Source: a virus (taxonomy: Duplodnaviria > Caudoviricetes). Taken from it: a stretch of 50,513 nucleotides of DNA. The position numbers and the translations under genes were made by a program. The stretch spans positions 1 through 50,513 of IMG/VR virus record IMGVR_UViG_3300027773_000160; one strand, 5' to 3'. The notes under the pieces were generated by a model. That model made no database searches. It was not told the origin of the DNA and worked only from the letters and a program-made list of their open reading frames with translations. Positions 17,671 to 28,214 of the stretch are shown here, piece after piece; the stretch's first letter is position 1, and every line of letters starts with the position of its first letter.

Positions 17671-19621
17671 GGCCTATGAGGGGGAGGCGGACATCATTCG
17701 CGCCTGGGCGCGCGGTCTCGCGCCCGATCCGGCGCTGACCGTGTCCGAATGGGCGGATCGCCATCGCATCCTTTCCTCGCGCGCTTCCTCGGAGGCGGGC
17801 CGCTATCGGACCGATCGCACCCCATACATGCGCGCGATCATGGACGCGCTGTCGCCCTCGCATCCGGCGCGAAAGATCGTGTTCATGAAAGCGGCGCAGG
17901 TCGGCGCCACCGAATCCGGCAACAACTGGATCGGCTATTGCATTCATCAGGCCCCGGGACCGTTTCTCGCCGTTCAGCCGACCACCGATCTCGCGAAGCG
18001 GCTTTCGCAGCAACGCATCGAGCCGCTAATCGAGGAGAGCCCCGAGCTGCGTGGCATCGTTATGCCGGCGCGCATGCGCGATTCCGGAAACACCGTTCTC
18101 GCGAAGCGCTTTGCCGGCGGGCAGCTCGTCCTTACCGGCGCGAACAGCGCCGTCGGCCTCCGGTCGATGCCGGCGCGCTGGCTCTTCCTCGACGAGGTGG
18201 ACGCCTATCCGGGCGATGTCGAAGGCGAAGGCGATCCCGTGGCGCTAGCCGAAGCGCGCACGAGAACCTTCGGGCATCGCCGGAAGGTGTTCATGGTCTC
18301 GACGCCGACGATACGCGGCCTCTCCCGCATCGAGCGCGAATACGAGGCCTCGGATCGTCGCCGCTACTTCGTCCCCTGCCCGCATTGCCGGTTCATGCAG
18401 TGGCTCAAGTTCGAGCGGCTGCGCTGGGAGAAAGGCCGTCCGGAGACGGCTGAGTACATCTGCGAGAACTGCGAGCGGAGCATTGCCGAGCACCACAAGA
18501 CCGCGATGCTGGCGGGCGGCGAGTGGCGTGCGACCGCCGAATGCACCGATCCTCATGTGATCGGCTTCCACATCTCGGGGCTCTATTCTCCGGTGGGCTG
18601 GCTCTCATGGGCGCAGATCGGTCGCGAGTGGGAGGCGGCGCAGGGCAACGACGCCGCCTTGAAGGCGGCGAAGAACACGCTGCTCGGCGAGACTTGGCAG
18701 GAGCGCGGCGAAGCGCCCGACTGGCAACGCCTCTACGAGCGGACAAAGGATCATGCGCTCAAGACCGTGCCGCGCGGCGCGCTCGTGCTCACCGCCGGCG
18801 CGGACGTTCAGCACGAGCGGATCGAGGTTGATGTCTGGGCTTGGGGCCGCGGCCTCGAAAGCTGGCTTGTCGATCACGTCGTCCTCGAAGGCGACACATC
18901 CGGCAGCACCGTCTGGGACACCCTCACGAAGCTCCTCGGCGCGACCTGGGAGCACGAAAGCGGCGCGCTCATGCGGATCGCGCGCCTTGCCATCGATTCC
19001 GGCGACGGCCGATCGACATCGCAGGTCTATTCCTGGGTGCGGAGGTTCGGTGCGGGAGTCGCGGTTGCCGTCAAGGGCATCGACGGATTCGATCGTTCAA
19101 CACCGGTCGATGGTCCGAGCTATGTGGACGCCACGGAGGACGGCCGAAAAATCCGCCGCGGCGTGAAGTTGTGGAAGGTCTCGGTCGCGGTCTTCAAATC
19201 CGAGACCTATCGTTTCCTGCGGCTTGATCGCCCCACCGACGAAGAGCTTGCCGACGGGATCGCGTTTCCGGACGGCTTCGTGCACCTGCCGGCGGGCATC
19301 ACGGCCGAGTGGGTGAAGCAGCTTACGGCCGAGCAGCTCGTCACGGTCCGTGATCGGCGCGGCTTCTCGAAATTGGAATGGCGGCAGATGCGCGAGCGCA
19401 ACGAGGCCCTCGATTGCCGCGTCTATGCCCGCGCTGCCGCGTGGCTGCTCGGCATCGATCGCTGGACCGAAGCGAAGTGGCAATCGCTCGAGCGGCAGGT
19501 CGCGGACGATCGGCCGAAGGAGCAGCAGGCCGGACAGGTGCATCTGCCGGCAAAGGCCGGCGAGAAGCGGCGTTCGAACTGGTTTCCCGGCCGCGACGCC
19601 GGCAGAGGATGGCTGAGATGA
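17618..19621 (+). CDS. Terminase large subunit (lambda GpA family)
   Basis: KAAQVGATE, FLDEVD, STPT, CPHC/CENC, GADVQ and RNEALDC motifs. Confidence 0.95.
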   Translation: MSDGISPSSRTSGSNSGEAYEGEADIIRAWARGLAPDPALTVSEWADRHRILSSRASSEAGRYRTDRTPYMRAIMDALSPSHPARKIVFMKAAQVGATESGNNWIGYCIHQAPGPFLAVQPTTDLAKRLSQQRIEPLIEESPELRGIVMPARMRDSGNTVLAKRFAGGQLVLTGANSAVGLRSMPARWLFLDEVDAYPGDVEGEGDPVALAEARTRTFGHRRKVFMVSTPTIRGLSRIEREYEASDRRRYFVPCPHCRFMQWLKFERLRWEKGRPETAEYICENCERSIAEHHKTAMLAGGEWRATAECTDPHVIGFHISGLYSPVGWLSWAQIGREWEAAQGNDAALKAAKNTLLGETWQERGEAPDWQRLYERTKDHALKTVPRGALVLTAGADVQHERIEVDVWAWGRGLESWLVDHVVLEGDTSGSTVWDTLTKLLGATWEHESGALMRIARLAIDSGDGRSTSQVYSWVRRFGAGVAVAVKGIDGFDRSTPVDGPSYVDATEDGRKIRRGVKLWKVSVAVFKSETYRFLRLDRPTDEELADGIAFPDGFVHLPAGITAEWVKQLTAEQLVTVRDRRGFSKLEWRQMRERNEALDCRVYARAAAWLLGIDRWTEAKWQSLERQVADDRPKEQQAGQVHLPAKAGEKRRSNWFPGRDAGRGWLR

Positions 19622-19827
19622 GCTGGACGCAGGCAGAGCTTGATGCGCTGAAGGCGGCCTATGCGAGCGGCACGCTTCGCGTCAGCTATGACGGCAAGAC
19701 CGTCGAATATGCATCGGCCGATGATCTGAAGAAACGCATGCAGACCATCGAGAGCGCGATCAACGCCGCGAACGGCAATTCACGCCCGATCGCCGGCTTC
19801 GCCTCGTTCGGCCGTGGCGATCGATGA
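19618..19827 (+). CDS. Head-tail joining protein (gpW-like)
   Basis: WTQAELDALKAAYASGTLRVSYDGKTVEY; lies between terminase and portal. Confidence 0.85.
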   Translation: MSWTQAELDALKAAYASGTLRVSYDGKTVEYASADDLKKRMQTIESAINAANGNSRPIAGFASFGRGDR

Positions 19828-21359
19828 ACCGGGCGAGTTCCTTTACCACGCCGTCGCTCCTCGATCGCGCGGTGGCGGTCATCGCTCCGAGAGCCGCGGT
19901 CAAGCGCCTGGTCGCGCGGCAAGCGTTCGCCGGCCTCGCGAAGCGCGCCTATGACGGCGCCGCCGCCGGCCGGCGCACCGACGGCTGGCGCTCGAGCGGC
20001 GCCTCCGCCGACGCCGAGATCGCGTCGGCCGGCGCGGTTCTGCGCAACCGCATGCGCGATCTCGTGCGCAACAACCCCCACGCGGCGAAGGCCGTGAGCG
20101 CCTGGGTCAGCAACATCGTCGGCTCGGGCATCTGCCCGCGCGCGGCCAGCGGCGACGAGGCGCTCGACAAGAGGATCAACGATCTCTTCGCGGAATGGTC
20201 GAAGGTTTGCGACGCGGACGGCCGCAGCGACTTTCATGGGCTGACGACGCTTGCGGTGTCCGGAATGGTCGAGGCGGGCGACATCTTCGCCCGGCGCCGC
20301 ATCCGCCGGGCAAGCGACGGCCTGCCGGTCCCGCTGCAGATCCAGCTGAATGAGGCCGACCATCTCGACGAGTCGAAAATCGACGGACGGCCGGACGGCA
20401 GCCGCACGATCCGGGGCATCGAATACGATCCGCTCGGCCGGCGCGTTGCCTATTGGCTGTTCCCGGACCATCCGGGCGATATCGCGGTGCCGTTGTCGCG
20501 CAGCGTCGCGTCCGTTCGCGTTCCGGCGGACGGCGTGATCCATCTCTTCAAGCGCGATCGCGTGCAGCAACGCGGCGTCCCCTGGGGCGCGCCGGTCATG
20601 CGCGCGCTCCGCGACCTCGACGATTGGACCAACGCCGAGCTCGTCCGAAAGAAGACGGAAGCCTGCCTCGTCGGCATTGTCATGGGTGCCGACGACGCCG
20701 ACCAGGGCGTGGCGCCCTCGGTCGTGGACGCCGACGGCAAGACGATCGAGCAGTTCGAGCCGGGCCTGATCGCCTATGCGCGTGGCGGAAAGGACATCAA
20801 GTTCAATCAGCCGGCGGCGACCGCCGGCGTGAGCGAATGGCTGCGAGCGCAGCTTCATATCATCGCAGCCGGCTTCCGCATCCCTTACGAGTTGCTCACC
20901 GGCGACTTGAGCCAGGTGAACTACTCTTCGATCCGCGCCGGGATCGTGGAATTCCGCCGCATCGTCGAAGCGATCCAGTGGCAGGTCGTCATTCCGACCT
21001 TCTGCCAGCCGATCTGGAACTGGTTCACCGAGGCGGCATACATCGCAGGCCTTGTGCCCGCGCCGAGGATCGCGGTCACGTGGTCGCCGCCACGCTTCGA
21101 GTATCTGAACCCGCTCGATGACGCGCGCGCCGATCTCATGATGCTGCGCATGGGCGCCACATCGCTCCCGCGGGTCATCAGCCGGCAGGGCGAAGACCTG
21201 GACGACATCCTCGCCGAGATCGCCGCGACCAACGCCAAGCTCGACGCGCTAGGCATCATTCTCGACAGCGATCCGCGCAAGGTCACGCAACAAGGCCTCT
21301 ATCAAAAGGACCCGGCGAACGAGAACGCGCCCAAGGCGGGAACGAAGACGAACAACTGA
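19824..21359 (+). CDS. Portal protein, lambda family
   Basis: RDLVRNN, QQRGVPW and GDLSQVNYSSIRAG motifs. Confidence 0.93.
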   Translation: MNRASSFTTPSLLDRAVAVIAPRAAVKRLVARQAFAGLAKRAYDGAAAGRRTDGWRSSGASADAEIASAGAVLRNRMRDLVRNNPHAAKAVSAWVSNIVGSGICPRAASGDEALDKRINDLFAEWSKVCDADGRSDFHGLTTLAVSGMVEAGDIFARRRIRRASDGLPVPLQIQLNEADHLDESKIDGRPDGSRTIRGIEYDPLGRRVAYWLFPDHPGDIAVPLSRSVASVRVPADGVIHLFKRDRVQQRGVPWGAPVMRALRDLDDWTNAELVRKKTEACLVGIVMGADDADQGVAPSVVDADGKTIEQFEPGLIAYARGGKDIKFNQPAATAGVSEWLRAQLHIIAAGFRIPYELLTGDLSQVNYSSIRAGIVEFRRIVEAIQWQVVIPTFCQPIWNWFTEAAYIAGLVPAPRIAVTWSPPRFEYLNPLDDARADLMMLRMGATSLPRVISRQGEDLDDILAEIAATNAKLDALGIILDSDPRKVTQQGLYQKDPANENAPKAGTKTNN

Positions 21360-21373
21360 ACAGGAGGCAGTCG

Positions 21374-23419
21374 ATGCCCGAAGCAGCCCTTCGGGAGCGC
21401 CGACAGGCGCTCCCGATGCAGACCCGGTTTGCGCCGGTTTCCGCGATCGATATTGAGGCGCGCACGGTCGATCTCATCTGGACCACCGGCGCCGCGGTGC
21501 GCCGGCGGCGATACGATTGGGAGAGCGGACGGGTCCTCAACTACGACGAAATCCTCGTTGTATCGGAGAACGCGGTCGATCTTTCGCGACTGAACGCCGG
21601 CGCGGCCGTTCTCGACAGCCACGACACGTGGTCCACCCAATCGCAGGTGGCGGTGGTCGAGAGGGCCGCGATTGAGAGCGGCCAGGGCATCGCCACCGTG
21701 CGCTTCCCCAGGCCGGGCGTGGACGAGAATGCCGACCGCCTGTTCGCGCTCGTCGCGGACAAGATCGTCCGCAACGTCTCGGTCGGCTACTCGATCGACA
21801 GGGTGCGCATCGAGAAATCCGAGACGGCTGGCGAAGTCGAGAAGTGGTTCGTCGAACGCTGGACCCCTTACGAGATCAGCTTCGTGACCATCGGCGCCGA
21901 TCCCGGCGCGCAAGTCCGGTCGGTGCCGCCCGACCGCCTTTTCCCCTTCGAAGTTACGAACCGGGTGGAGCCCGGCCATCAGGAGAACCATGCCATGTCG
22001 AAGAAAGACGACGTGCCGGGCAACATGCCGGCCGACAATCACGAGCAAACTGCCGCCGACCAGAACCGTTCGGCGAATTCGCCCAGCAAGGCCACACCCA
22101 ACGCGGATCAAGTCCGGGCCGAGGAGCAGGAGCGCATCACGACCATCACGGGCCTGGTCGAGCAGTTCAAGCTCGAGCGCCCGCTCGCCGACGATCTGGT
22201 AAAGCGAAACGTCTCGATCGCCGATGCGCGCAAGGTGATCCTCGATAAGCTCGCGGAACGGGACGCGCGCGGCGCCGGCCACTCGCAGATCTCCATGCCG
22301 GCAGGCGGTCTCGACGCTACCGTCACGCGCCGCGAGGCGATTGCCGAAGCGATCCTTCATCGCGCGCAGCCGCAGGCCTTTCGGATGACCGACCGCGCGC
22401 GGGAATACCGCGGGATGCGGCTGATCGATGTGGCCCGTGATTGCCTTGAGACGGCAGGCGTCCGCACCCGCGGCATGACTTCGGGCGAGATCGCGTATCA
22501 GGCGACCCGCGCCGCCGGCATGCAGGGAACGTCCGATTTCCCGCTGATCCTGGCCGCGGTGGCGGGCAAGCGCTTTCGCCAGGCCTATGCGATGACGCCG
22601 CGCACGTTCCAGCAATGGGCGCGCGGGATCACGGCGACCGATTTCAAGCCGATGTATCCGACGCAGATCGGCAGCTTCCCCGCTCTCAAGGCCGTGATGG
22701 AAGGGGCCGAGTTCAGCTACGGCTCGATCGCGGAAGGCCGCGAGTCCTATCAGCTCGCGACCTACGGGCGCATCGTCCCGCTGACGCGGCAGGCGATCAT
22801 CAACGATGATCTTCGCGCCTTCGACCGCGCTCTCGGTTCCGCCGGACAGCGCGCGGCCGATCTGGAATCGGCCATCGTCTACAACGTGCTTCTTGCCAAC
22901 GCGAACCTCGCCGATGGGATCGCACTTTTCCACGCAAACCATGGCAATGTCGGCACGGCCGCCGTGATCGGCGAGACCGCGCTGTCGGAAGCCTGGGAGA
23001 AGATGACCCAGCAGAAGGACCTCGGCGACGGAACGGGCGCCGACAAGGAATACATCGACGCGCGCCCGCGGTTCATCCTCGTCCCGCCCGGCCAGCGGTC
23101 GATCGAGGCGCGCAAGATGATCGCCGCGACCACGCCGGCAAAGGCCTCCGACGTGAATGCCTTCACGGGATCGCTAACGATCGTCGAAGAGCCGCGGCTG
23201 TTCAGGACCGGTGGTCCGCAGCCCTGGTACCTCGCCGCCGATCCGAACCTCGTCGATACGGTCGAGTACGCCCATCTCGAAGGGCAGACCGAACCGTTCA
23301 TTGATCAGCGGGCGGGCTTCGAGGTCGATGGCGTCGAGATCAAGGTGCGGCACGACTTCGCCGCCAAGGCGCTCGACTTCCGCGGCCTCTTCTACAACGC
23401 CGGCGTCAACCCGGCGTAA
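21374..23419 (+). CDS. Prohead protease/major capsid fusion protein
   Basis: VLDSH, VSVGY and EISFVTIGAD protease motifs followed by the capsid domain (TSDFP, TRQAIINDDL). Confidence 0.92.
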   Translation: MPEAALRERRQALPMQTRFAPVSAIDIEARTVDLIWTTGAAVRRRRYDWESGRVLNYDEILVVSENAVDLSRLNAGAAVLDSHDTWSTQSQVAVVERAAIESGQGIATVRFPRPGVDENADRLFALVADKIVRNVSVGYSIDRVRIEKSETAGEVEKWFVERWTPYEISFVTIGADPGAQVRSVPPDRLFPFEVTNRVEPGHQENHAMSKKDDVPGNMPADNHEQTAADQNRSANSPSKATPNADQVRAEEQERITTITGLVEQFKLERPLADDLVKRNVSIADARKVILDKLAERDARGAGHSQISMPAGGLDATVTRREAIAEAILHRAQPQAFRMTDRAREYRGMRLIDVARDCLETAGVRTRGMTSGEIAYQATRAAGMQGTSDFPLILAAVAGKRFRQAYAMTPRTFQQWARGITATDFKPMYPTQIGSFPALKAVMEGAEFSYGSIAEGRESYQLATYGRIVPLTRQAIINDDLRAFDRALGSAGQRAADLESAIVYNVLLANANLADGIALFHANHGNVGTAAVIGETALSEAWEKMTQQKDLGDGTGADKEYIDARPRFILVPPGQRSIEARKMIAATTPAKASDVNAFTGSLTIVEEPRLFRTGGPQPWYLAADPNLVDTVEYAHLEGQTEPFIDQRAGFEVDGVEIKVRHDFAAKALDFRGLFYNAGVNPA

Positions 23420-23497
23420 CGGCGCAGTGATCGCAGCGCAAGAGCCAACCCGACCGGGCCGCCGCCGAGCGGCCTTTTCCGTTTCAGGAGACACCTC

Positions 23498-23848
23498 ATG
23501 AAAAACTACGTCCAGGCAGGCGACACGATCACGGTCGCCGCGCCATATGACCGAACCGCCGGCCAGGGCGCCCAAGTGGGCCAGCTTTTCGGCGTCTGCG
23601 TCGGCGACGCTTTGAGCGGCGCCGACGTGGCGCTGAAGACCACCGGCGTGTTCGATCTCACCAAGATCGGCTCGCAGGCCTGGACGGTCGGGCAGCTGAT
23701 CTATTGGGACAATACCAACAAGCGCTGCACCAACGTCGCCACCGGCAATCTGCTGATCGGTGCGGCTGTCGCTACGGTTGATAATGCCGCCGGCAGCACG
23801 ACCGGTCGCGTCCGGCTCAACGGCGCGGCGCGCGCCAACGAGGCCTGA
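23498..23848 (+). CDS. DUF2190-like capsid cement/decoration protein
   Basis: MKNYVQAG...GVFDLTK...VRLNG. Confidence 0.85.
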   Translation: MKNYVQAGDTITVAAPYDRTAGQGAQVGQLFGVCVGDALSGADVALKTTGVFDLTKIGSQAWTVGQLIYWDNTNKRCTNVATGNLLIGAAVATVDNAAGSTTGRVRLNGAARANEA

Positions 23849-23853
23849 TCCTG

Positions 23854-24174
23854 ATGCAGGCCGCCTTCGCTGCGGCAATCGACGCGATCTTCGCCGACCG
23901 CAACGTCGGCGAAGACGCATTGTGGCGGAGTGGCGGCGCCGGAGCAGGCGTTCCGGTGCGCGTAATCCGCAAGAGCCCGGATGCGGTGGTCAGCTTAGGC
24001 GACAGCCGCGCTGTGCTGCCCTCCGTGCTGATCGACGTGCGCCGTTCGGACATCGCCGAACTGGCCACCGGCGATACGTTCGAGATTGCCGGCGACCTCT
24101 ACGAGGTCATCGCCGCGCCATTATCGGATGGCCTCGGGCTAGTATGGACGTGCGAGGCGGCCAAACAGGCTTGA
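23854..24174 (+). CDS. Head-tail connector/closure protein
   Basis: Position, size and typical composition. Confidence 0.7.
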   Translation: MQAAFAAAIDAIFADRNVGEDALWRSGGAGAGVPVRVIRKSPDAVVSLGDSRAVLPSVLIDVRRSDIAELATGDTFEIAGDLYEVIAAPLSDGLGLVWTCEAAKQA

Positions 24175-24177
24175 GCG

Positions 24178-24834
24178 ATGCGTTTCGCGCTGCAAACGTC
24201 CGATCTTGCCAAGGGCCTCAATGGCGCCGAAGTCGATATCGCGCGGTCCGTGACCGCCGCGATGCGTCAGGTAACGGAGGGGCTCAAGGTTGATCTGCGC
24301 GCCGACGTGGTGGATGCCGGCCTCGGCCAACGCCTCGCCAATACCTGGCGCGGCAAGACCTATCCCGAGGGCGGCGTCAGCCTGGAAGCGGCGTCCTTCG
24401 TCTGGTCGAAAGCGCCGAACATCGTCGATGCCTTCGACCGCGGCGTGACCATCCGCTCGCGTCATGGGTTCTGGCTCGCCATCCCGACGCCGGCTGCCGG
24501 CGCAACGGGTCTTGCGGCGACCGGCGCGCGCAGGCGCATCACGCCCGGCGGCTGGGAGCGACGTACCGGCATGCGGCTGCGCTTCGTCTATCGGCGCGGG
24601 CGGCCGTCGCTGCTGATCGCTGATAACGCGCGGTTATCGAGGAGCGGTCTTGCCCGGCCGAATACCGGCAGAACGCGCGGCGGCGCTGTCTATACCCGCC
24701 TTGCCGGCCGCTCTACGGTCGTTGTCTTCATCCTCGTGCCGCAAGTCACGCTGAGGAAGCGGCTGGATATCGACGCGATCGCCATGCGATGGGCCGAACG
24801 GGTACCGGGCCTCATCGTCCAGCATTGGAAGTAG
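24178..24834 (+). CDS. Neck/tail completion protein (DUF6441-like)
   Basis: AGLGQRLANTWR, WLAIPT and FILVPQVTL motifs; gene order. Confidence 0.7.
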   Translation: MRFALQTSDLAKGLNGAEVDIARSVTAAMRQVTEGLKVDLRADVVDAGLGQRLANTWRGKTYPEGGVSLEAASFVWSKAPNIVDAFDRGVTIRSRHGFWLAIPTPAAGATGLAATGARRRITPGGWERRTGMRLRFVYRRGRPSLLIADNARLSRSGLARPNTGRTRGGAVYTRLAGRSTVVVFILVPQVTLRKRLDIDAIAMRWAERVPGLIVQHWK

Positions 24835-24950
24835 GCCATCGGTGCCCAGAGCGATGGCACTGTCGGCTGGGCGAAATAGTAAACTGTCGAGTAGGGTTTA
24901 CGGGGGCTGCTTTTTGGGGCTAGTATGTTCCTGATTTGTTCTGGTGGCTG

Positions 24951-25703
24951 ATGGCATTAAACACCGAAATCGAATGGACCGACGCGACGTGGAACCCTGT
25001 CACTGGTTGCACGAAGATCAGTGCGGGGTGTGACCACTGCTACGCCGAACGATTCGCTGAACGATTTCGCGGCGTTCCCGGGCATCCGTTCGAGTATGGC
25101 TTCGATCTTGTCCTTCGCCCTGAGAGGCTGACGCAGCCGCTTAGTTGGCGAAAGCCGAGGATGATTTTCGTGAATTCGATGTCGGACCTCTTTCACAAGG
25201 AAATACCGACAGAGTTTGTCGAGCGCGTCTTTGAAACCATGGAGCGAGCGGACTGGCACACTTTTCAAGTTCTGACTAAACGTTCGTCGTTGATGCGCAA
25301 CTTTCTGCGCCGCCGATATGGTGCAAATCGCGGCCCACAACACATATGGTGCGGCGTCTCGATCGAAGACGGCAGCAAGATATCGCGTGTGCGCCACCTT
25401 CGGGATACGCCAGCCGGGACCCGTTTCTTGTCGATCGAACCGCTCATCGGCCGCGTGGGGAAGATTGATCTGAGCGGAATCGATTGGGTTATCGTTGGCG
25501 GCGAAAGCGGTCCTCGCGCGCGCTACATGGACCCTGAATGGGTGCGTGAGATTCGTGACCAGTGCCAAGAAGCCAAAATACCCTTCTTCTTTAAGCAATG
25601 GGGCGGCCTACGCCCGAAATCAGGGGGGCGTGTACTCGACGGAGAGCAGTGGAACCAGTTCCCGCTGACGACTCCCGGCAGTTACCCAGTCGCGGCTGAA
25701 TGA
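24951..25703 (+). CDS. DUF5131 (Gp37Gp68) three-Cys radical-SAM-like protein
   Basis: IEWTDATWNPVTGCTKISAGCDHCYA (Cx6Cx2C), NSMSDLFH, GGESG and FFKQWGG motifs. Confidence 0.92.
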   Translation: MALNTEIEWTDATWNPVTGCTKISAGCDHCYAERFAERFRGVPGHPFEYGFDLVLRPERLTQPLSWRKPRMIFVNSMSDLFHKEIPTEFVERVFETMERADWHTFQVLTKRSSLMRNFLRRRYGANRGPQHIWCGVSIEDGSKISRVRHLRDTPAGTRFLSIEPLIGRVGKIDLSGIDWVIVGGESGPRARYMDPEWVREIRDQCQEAKIPFFFKQWGGLRPKSGGRVLDGEQWNQFPLTTPGSYPVAAE

Positions 25704-26611
25704 GCAAGAAACCGAGAGACCACAGCGTTGGTCCTTGGGCGGCTGAAAAGCTGGATGCACTCAGCCGCGCTCTTAACTACTATACGACCCGCCTCAAGAA
25801 TCAGTCGCAGTGGCAGAAAATCTACATCGATGCTTTCGCGGGGCCGGGTCTATCACAAGTGCGCACTAAGCCGCGCGAGGACAGCGATCAATCGCTTCAG
25901 TTGTTTGCGGACCTGTCCACCGATCCGGTTGAGCAGGAAGTCATTTTTCTCAAGGGATCACCGCGCGTCGCCCTCGATATCGCAAACCCGTTTGACCGCT
26001 ATATCTTCATAGACAAAGACCATGATCGAGTCGTGGAACTTGAGCGCATTCGGTCTGAATATCAAGGCAGACGGACGATCGAGATTCGCCAAGGGGATGC
26101 CAATTCCATTTTACAGGAGCTATTGAAAGGCATCTCGAAGGCAAAGCACCGCGGCTACATATTTCTCGATCCCTTCGGTCTTCAGGTGCCATGGGGGACG
26201 ATTGAAGTAATTGCGAAGACGGGCGCGATTGAGGTGATGGTCAACTTCCCACTTGGCATGGCGCTCAGAAGGATGATGCCTAACTCGGGTAATGTGCCCT
26301 CGGGATGGCAGATTTCGCTCGATACCTTTTTCGGATCACCCGATTGGCGCCAACACGCCTACGAAGAGGGTCTCGATCTCCTTGACGGAAAACGTACCAT
26401 CAAAATTGCTGACTCTGAGGACCGTCTACTTGCTTGGTACAGAGAGCGCCTCAAGGCCGTATTTGGCCATGTGTCGGATGCTCAGTTGGTGACGAATACG
26501 CGTGGCGGGCGACTATACTATCTCATCTGGGCCGGCCCACATAAAGCCGGGCTGAAGGGAGCCAACCACATCCTCACCAGGAAGACCCGGCTCCCGAAGA
26601 CCAAAAAATAA
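25700..26611 (+). CDS. tcmP: Three-Cys-motif partner protein (methyltransferase-like)
   Basis: YIDAFAGPG, GSP, GDAN and FLDPFG motifs; ATGA-coupled to DUF5131. Confidence 0.85.
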   Translation: MSKKPRDHSVGPWAAEKLDALSRALNYYTTRLKNQSQWQKIYIDAFAGPGLSQVRTKPREDSDQSLQLFADLSTDPVEQEVIFLKGSPRVALDIANPFDRYIFIDKDHDRVVELERIRSEYQGRRTIEIRQGDANSILQELLKGISKAKHRGYIFLDPFGLQVPWGTIEVIAKTGAIEVMVNFPLGMALRRMMPNSGNVPSGWQISLDTFFGSPDWRQHAYEEGLDLLDGKRTIKIADSEDRLLAWYRERLKAVFGHVSDAQLVTNTRGGRLYYLIWAGPHKAGLKGANHILTRKTRLPKTKK

Positions 26612-26660
26612 TCCAAGTCAACCACTGTTCGATCTATGCGGCGCCGGCTGTTGCTGAGTG

Positions 26661-26881
26661 CTCGGAGAAATACCGTTGTCTTCGAAACGCGAGGCAGTGC
26701 TTGCAGGCGTGCTTGCTCTCCTAAGAACCGCACTGCCCTCCGCCGAGGTTAAGCGCAAACTCGCCAAGCCCGAGCGCATCCCGCCGGGGCGGGCTCGTGA
26801 TCGTGCGAAACGGAAATCCCGGCGAGCCCGAGGTGCTGCGTTCTCCGCTCGCCCACCTCTATATCCACCGCATTGCGCTCG
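26661..26881 (+). pseudogene. Degenerate duplicate of the 5' half of the tail terminator gene
   Basis: Closely similar to 28200-28419, with an extra G near 26786 and a truncation. Confidence 0.85.
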
Positions 26882-27265
26882 CGCCACCGGCGGCGCACTC
26901 CCTGCATATCGACTTCGACAGCCGTGTCGCCGGTGCGCGAGCGCTGTCTGCCGGACGAGATGACGGTGATGGTCGCGCTCAAGGCCGTCTGCACGGGGGC
27001 ACCGACGTCAGCATCGTTCAGTAAGGCATCTCCGACCTCATTCGGGCGGAAGCCTGTTATCTCGGCTGGCAAGAGTCGCGGCCTAGTCTCGCGCGGTTCG
27101 CTGAGCTCGAGATCAACCAGTCGCGCCAATCCGCTCGGGGGAGCATGGCACGGCTCATCTTATCCTTGTGATGAGGAACCGGTTGTGGAAGTTCAAGAAA
27201 ATTGTAACCCATCCCACCCCTTCCGCCTTCGCTAGAACTTCGGCGGACAATCCACCCAGAAAGGG

Positions 27266-27721
27266 TTAGGTTACCTTCTTCCCCTCATTCAACTTCACCG
27301 CCGCGCGGACGAGCGCCTTGAACGCCACTTCGTCGATCGTTTCGCCCTCGCGGATGTCGATCGCCCGCCGCACGTTGCCATCGAGGCCGGAATTGAACAG
27401 GCCGGAGGGATCCGGCAGGGCGGCGCCTCTCGCGAAGGTCAGCTTCACCTTGTCTCTGTAGGTCTCGCCGGTGCAGATGATTCCGGCATGTTTCCAGACC
27501 GGAACGCCCGCTGGATTCGACGGCTTTCGCCATTTCACCTCCTCAACGACCTCCGGATCAGCTTGCCGGATGAGCGCGCGCAGCCGAGCCAGCATCCTGC
27601 CACGCCAGTCGCCGAGCGCCTTGAGCCTTGCGTCGACCAACTTGGCGGACGAACCGGCGGCTTTCACCGCAGCGGTTTTCTTCTTCGCGACCGTCTTCCT
27701 TGCCGCGCTTGCTTTCTTCAT
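27266..27721 (-). CDS. DUF1801/YdeI-like protein, cargo gene
   Basis: DWRGRMLARLRALI...VVEEVKW...GIICTGETY...FARGAAL...RAIDI pattern. Confidence 0.85.
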   Translation of the reverse strand: MKKASAARKTVAKKKTAAVKAAGSSAKLVDARLKALGDWRGRMLARLRALIRQADPEVVEEVKWRKPSNPAGVPVWKHAGIICTGETYRDKVKLTFARGAALPDPSGLFNSGLDGNVRRAIDIREGETIDEVAFKALVRAAVKLNEGKKVT

Positions 27722-28214
27722 CGTATGCCTCGCATCGAGTCGACAATCTGCTGTCCACATCCGCTCGTCCGGCTGCAGTAACGCGCCACGAACGAACGTC
27801 GCCTTAATGTATCGCGTGAAAAATGAACGCATCGATGGCCAGGTCAAGCCCGGCAATGACGCACCGGTGTTGCAGCCCGCTGGGGTGAAGCCGAATGCGG
27901 GGCCCCTCGCACGATCAGGCACCCGGGTCCTCCCCGCTTGCTCCGATCTTGATTGATACCGCGTTCGGTCGATGATCAAATTCCGACTATTTTATTCTCG
28001 CGCGAACAACGCCCGCGACCCGCTTCAATGGCGGGATGAAGCGCGGTGCCTGCGGTTGCGCTTCCCGAGCGCGATCGGGGGCAGTCCGTGGCGCGCCGAA
28101 TCGAATGGTACAGCGCGCAATTTCGAACGCCGTCACCTGAAGTCGGGCCGCTAAGCGGCCGCGGGGCGGCAGCCGGATGCAGGCGAAGCGCCGCTTTTAC
28201 TCGGAGAAATACCG

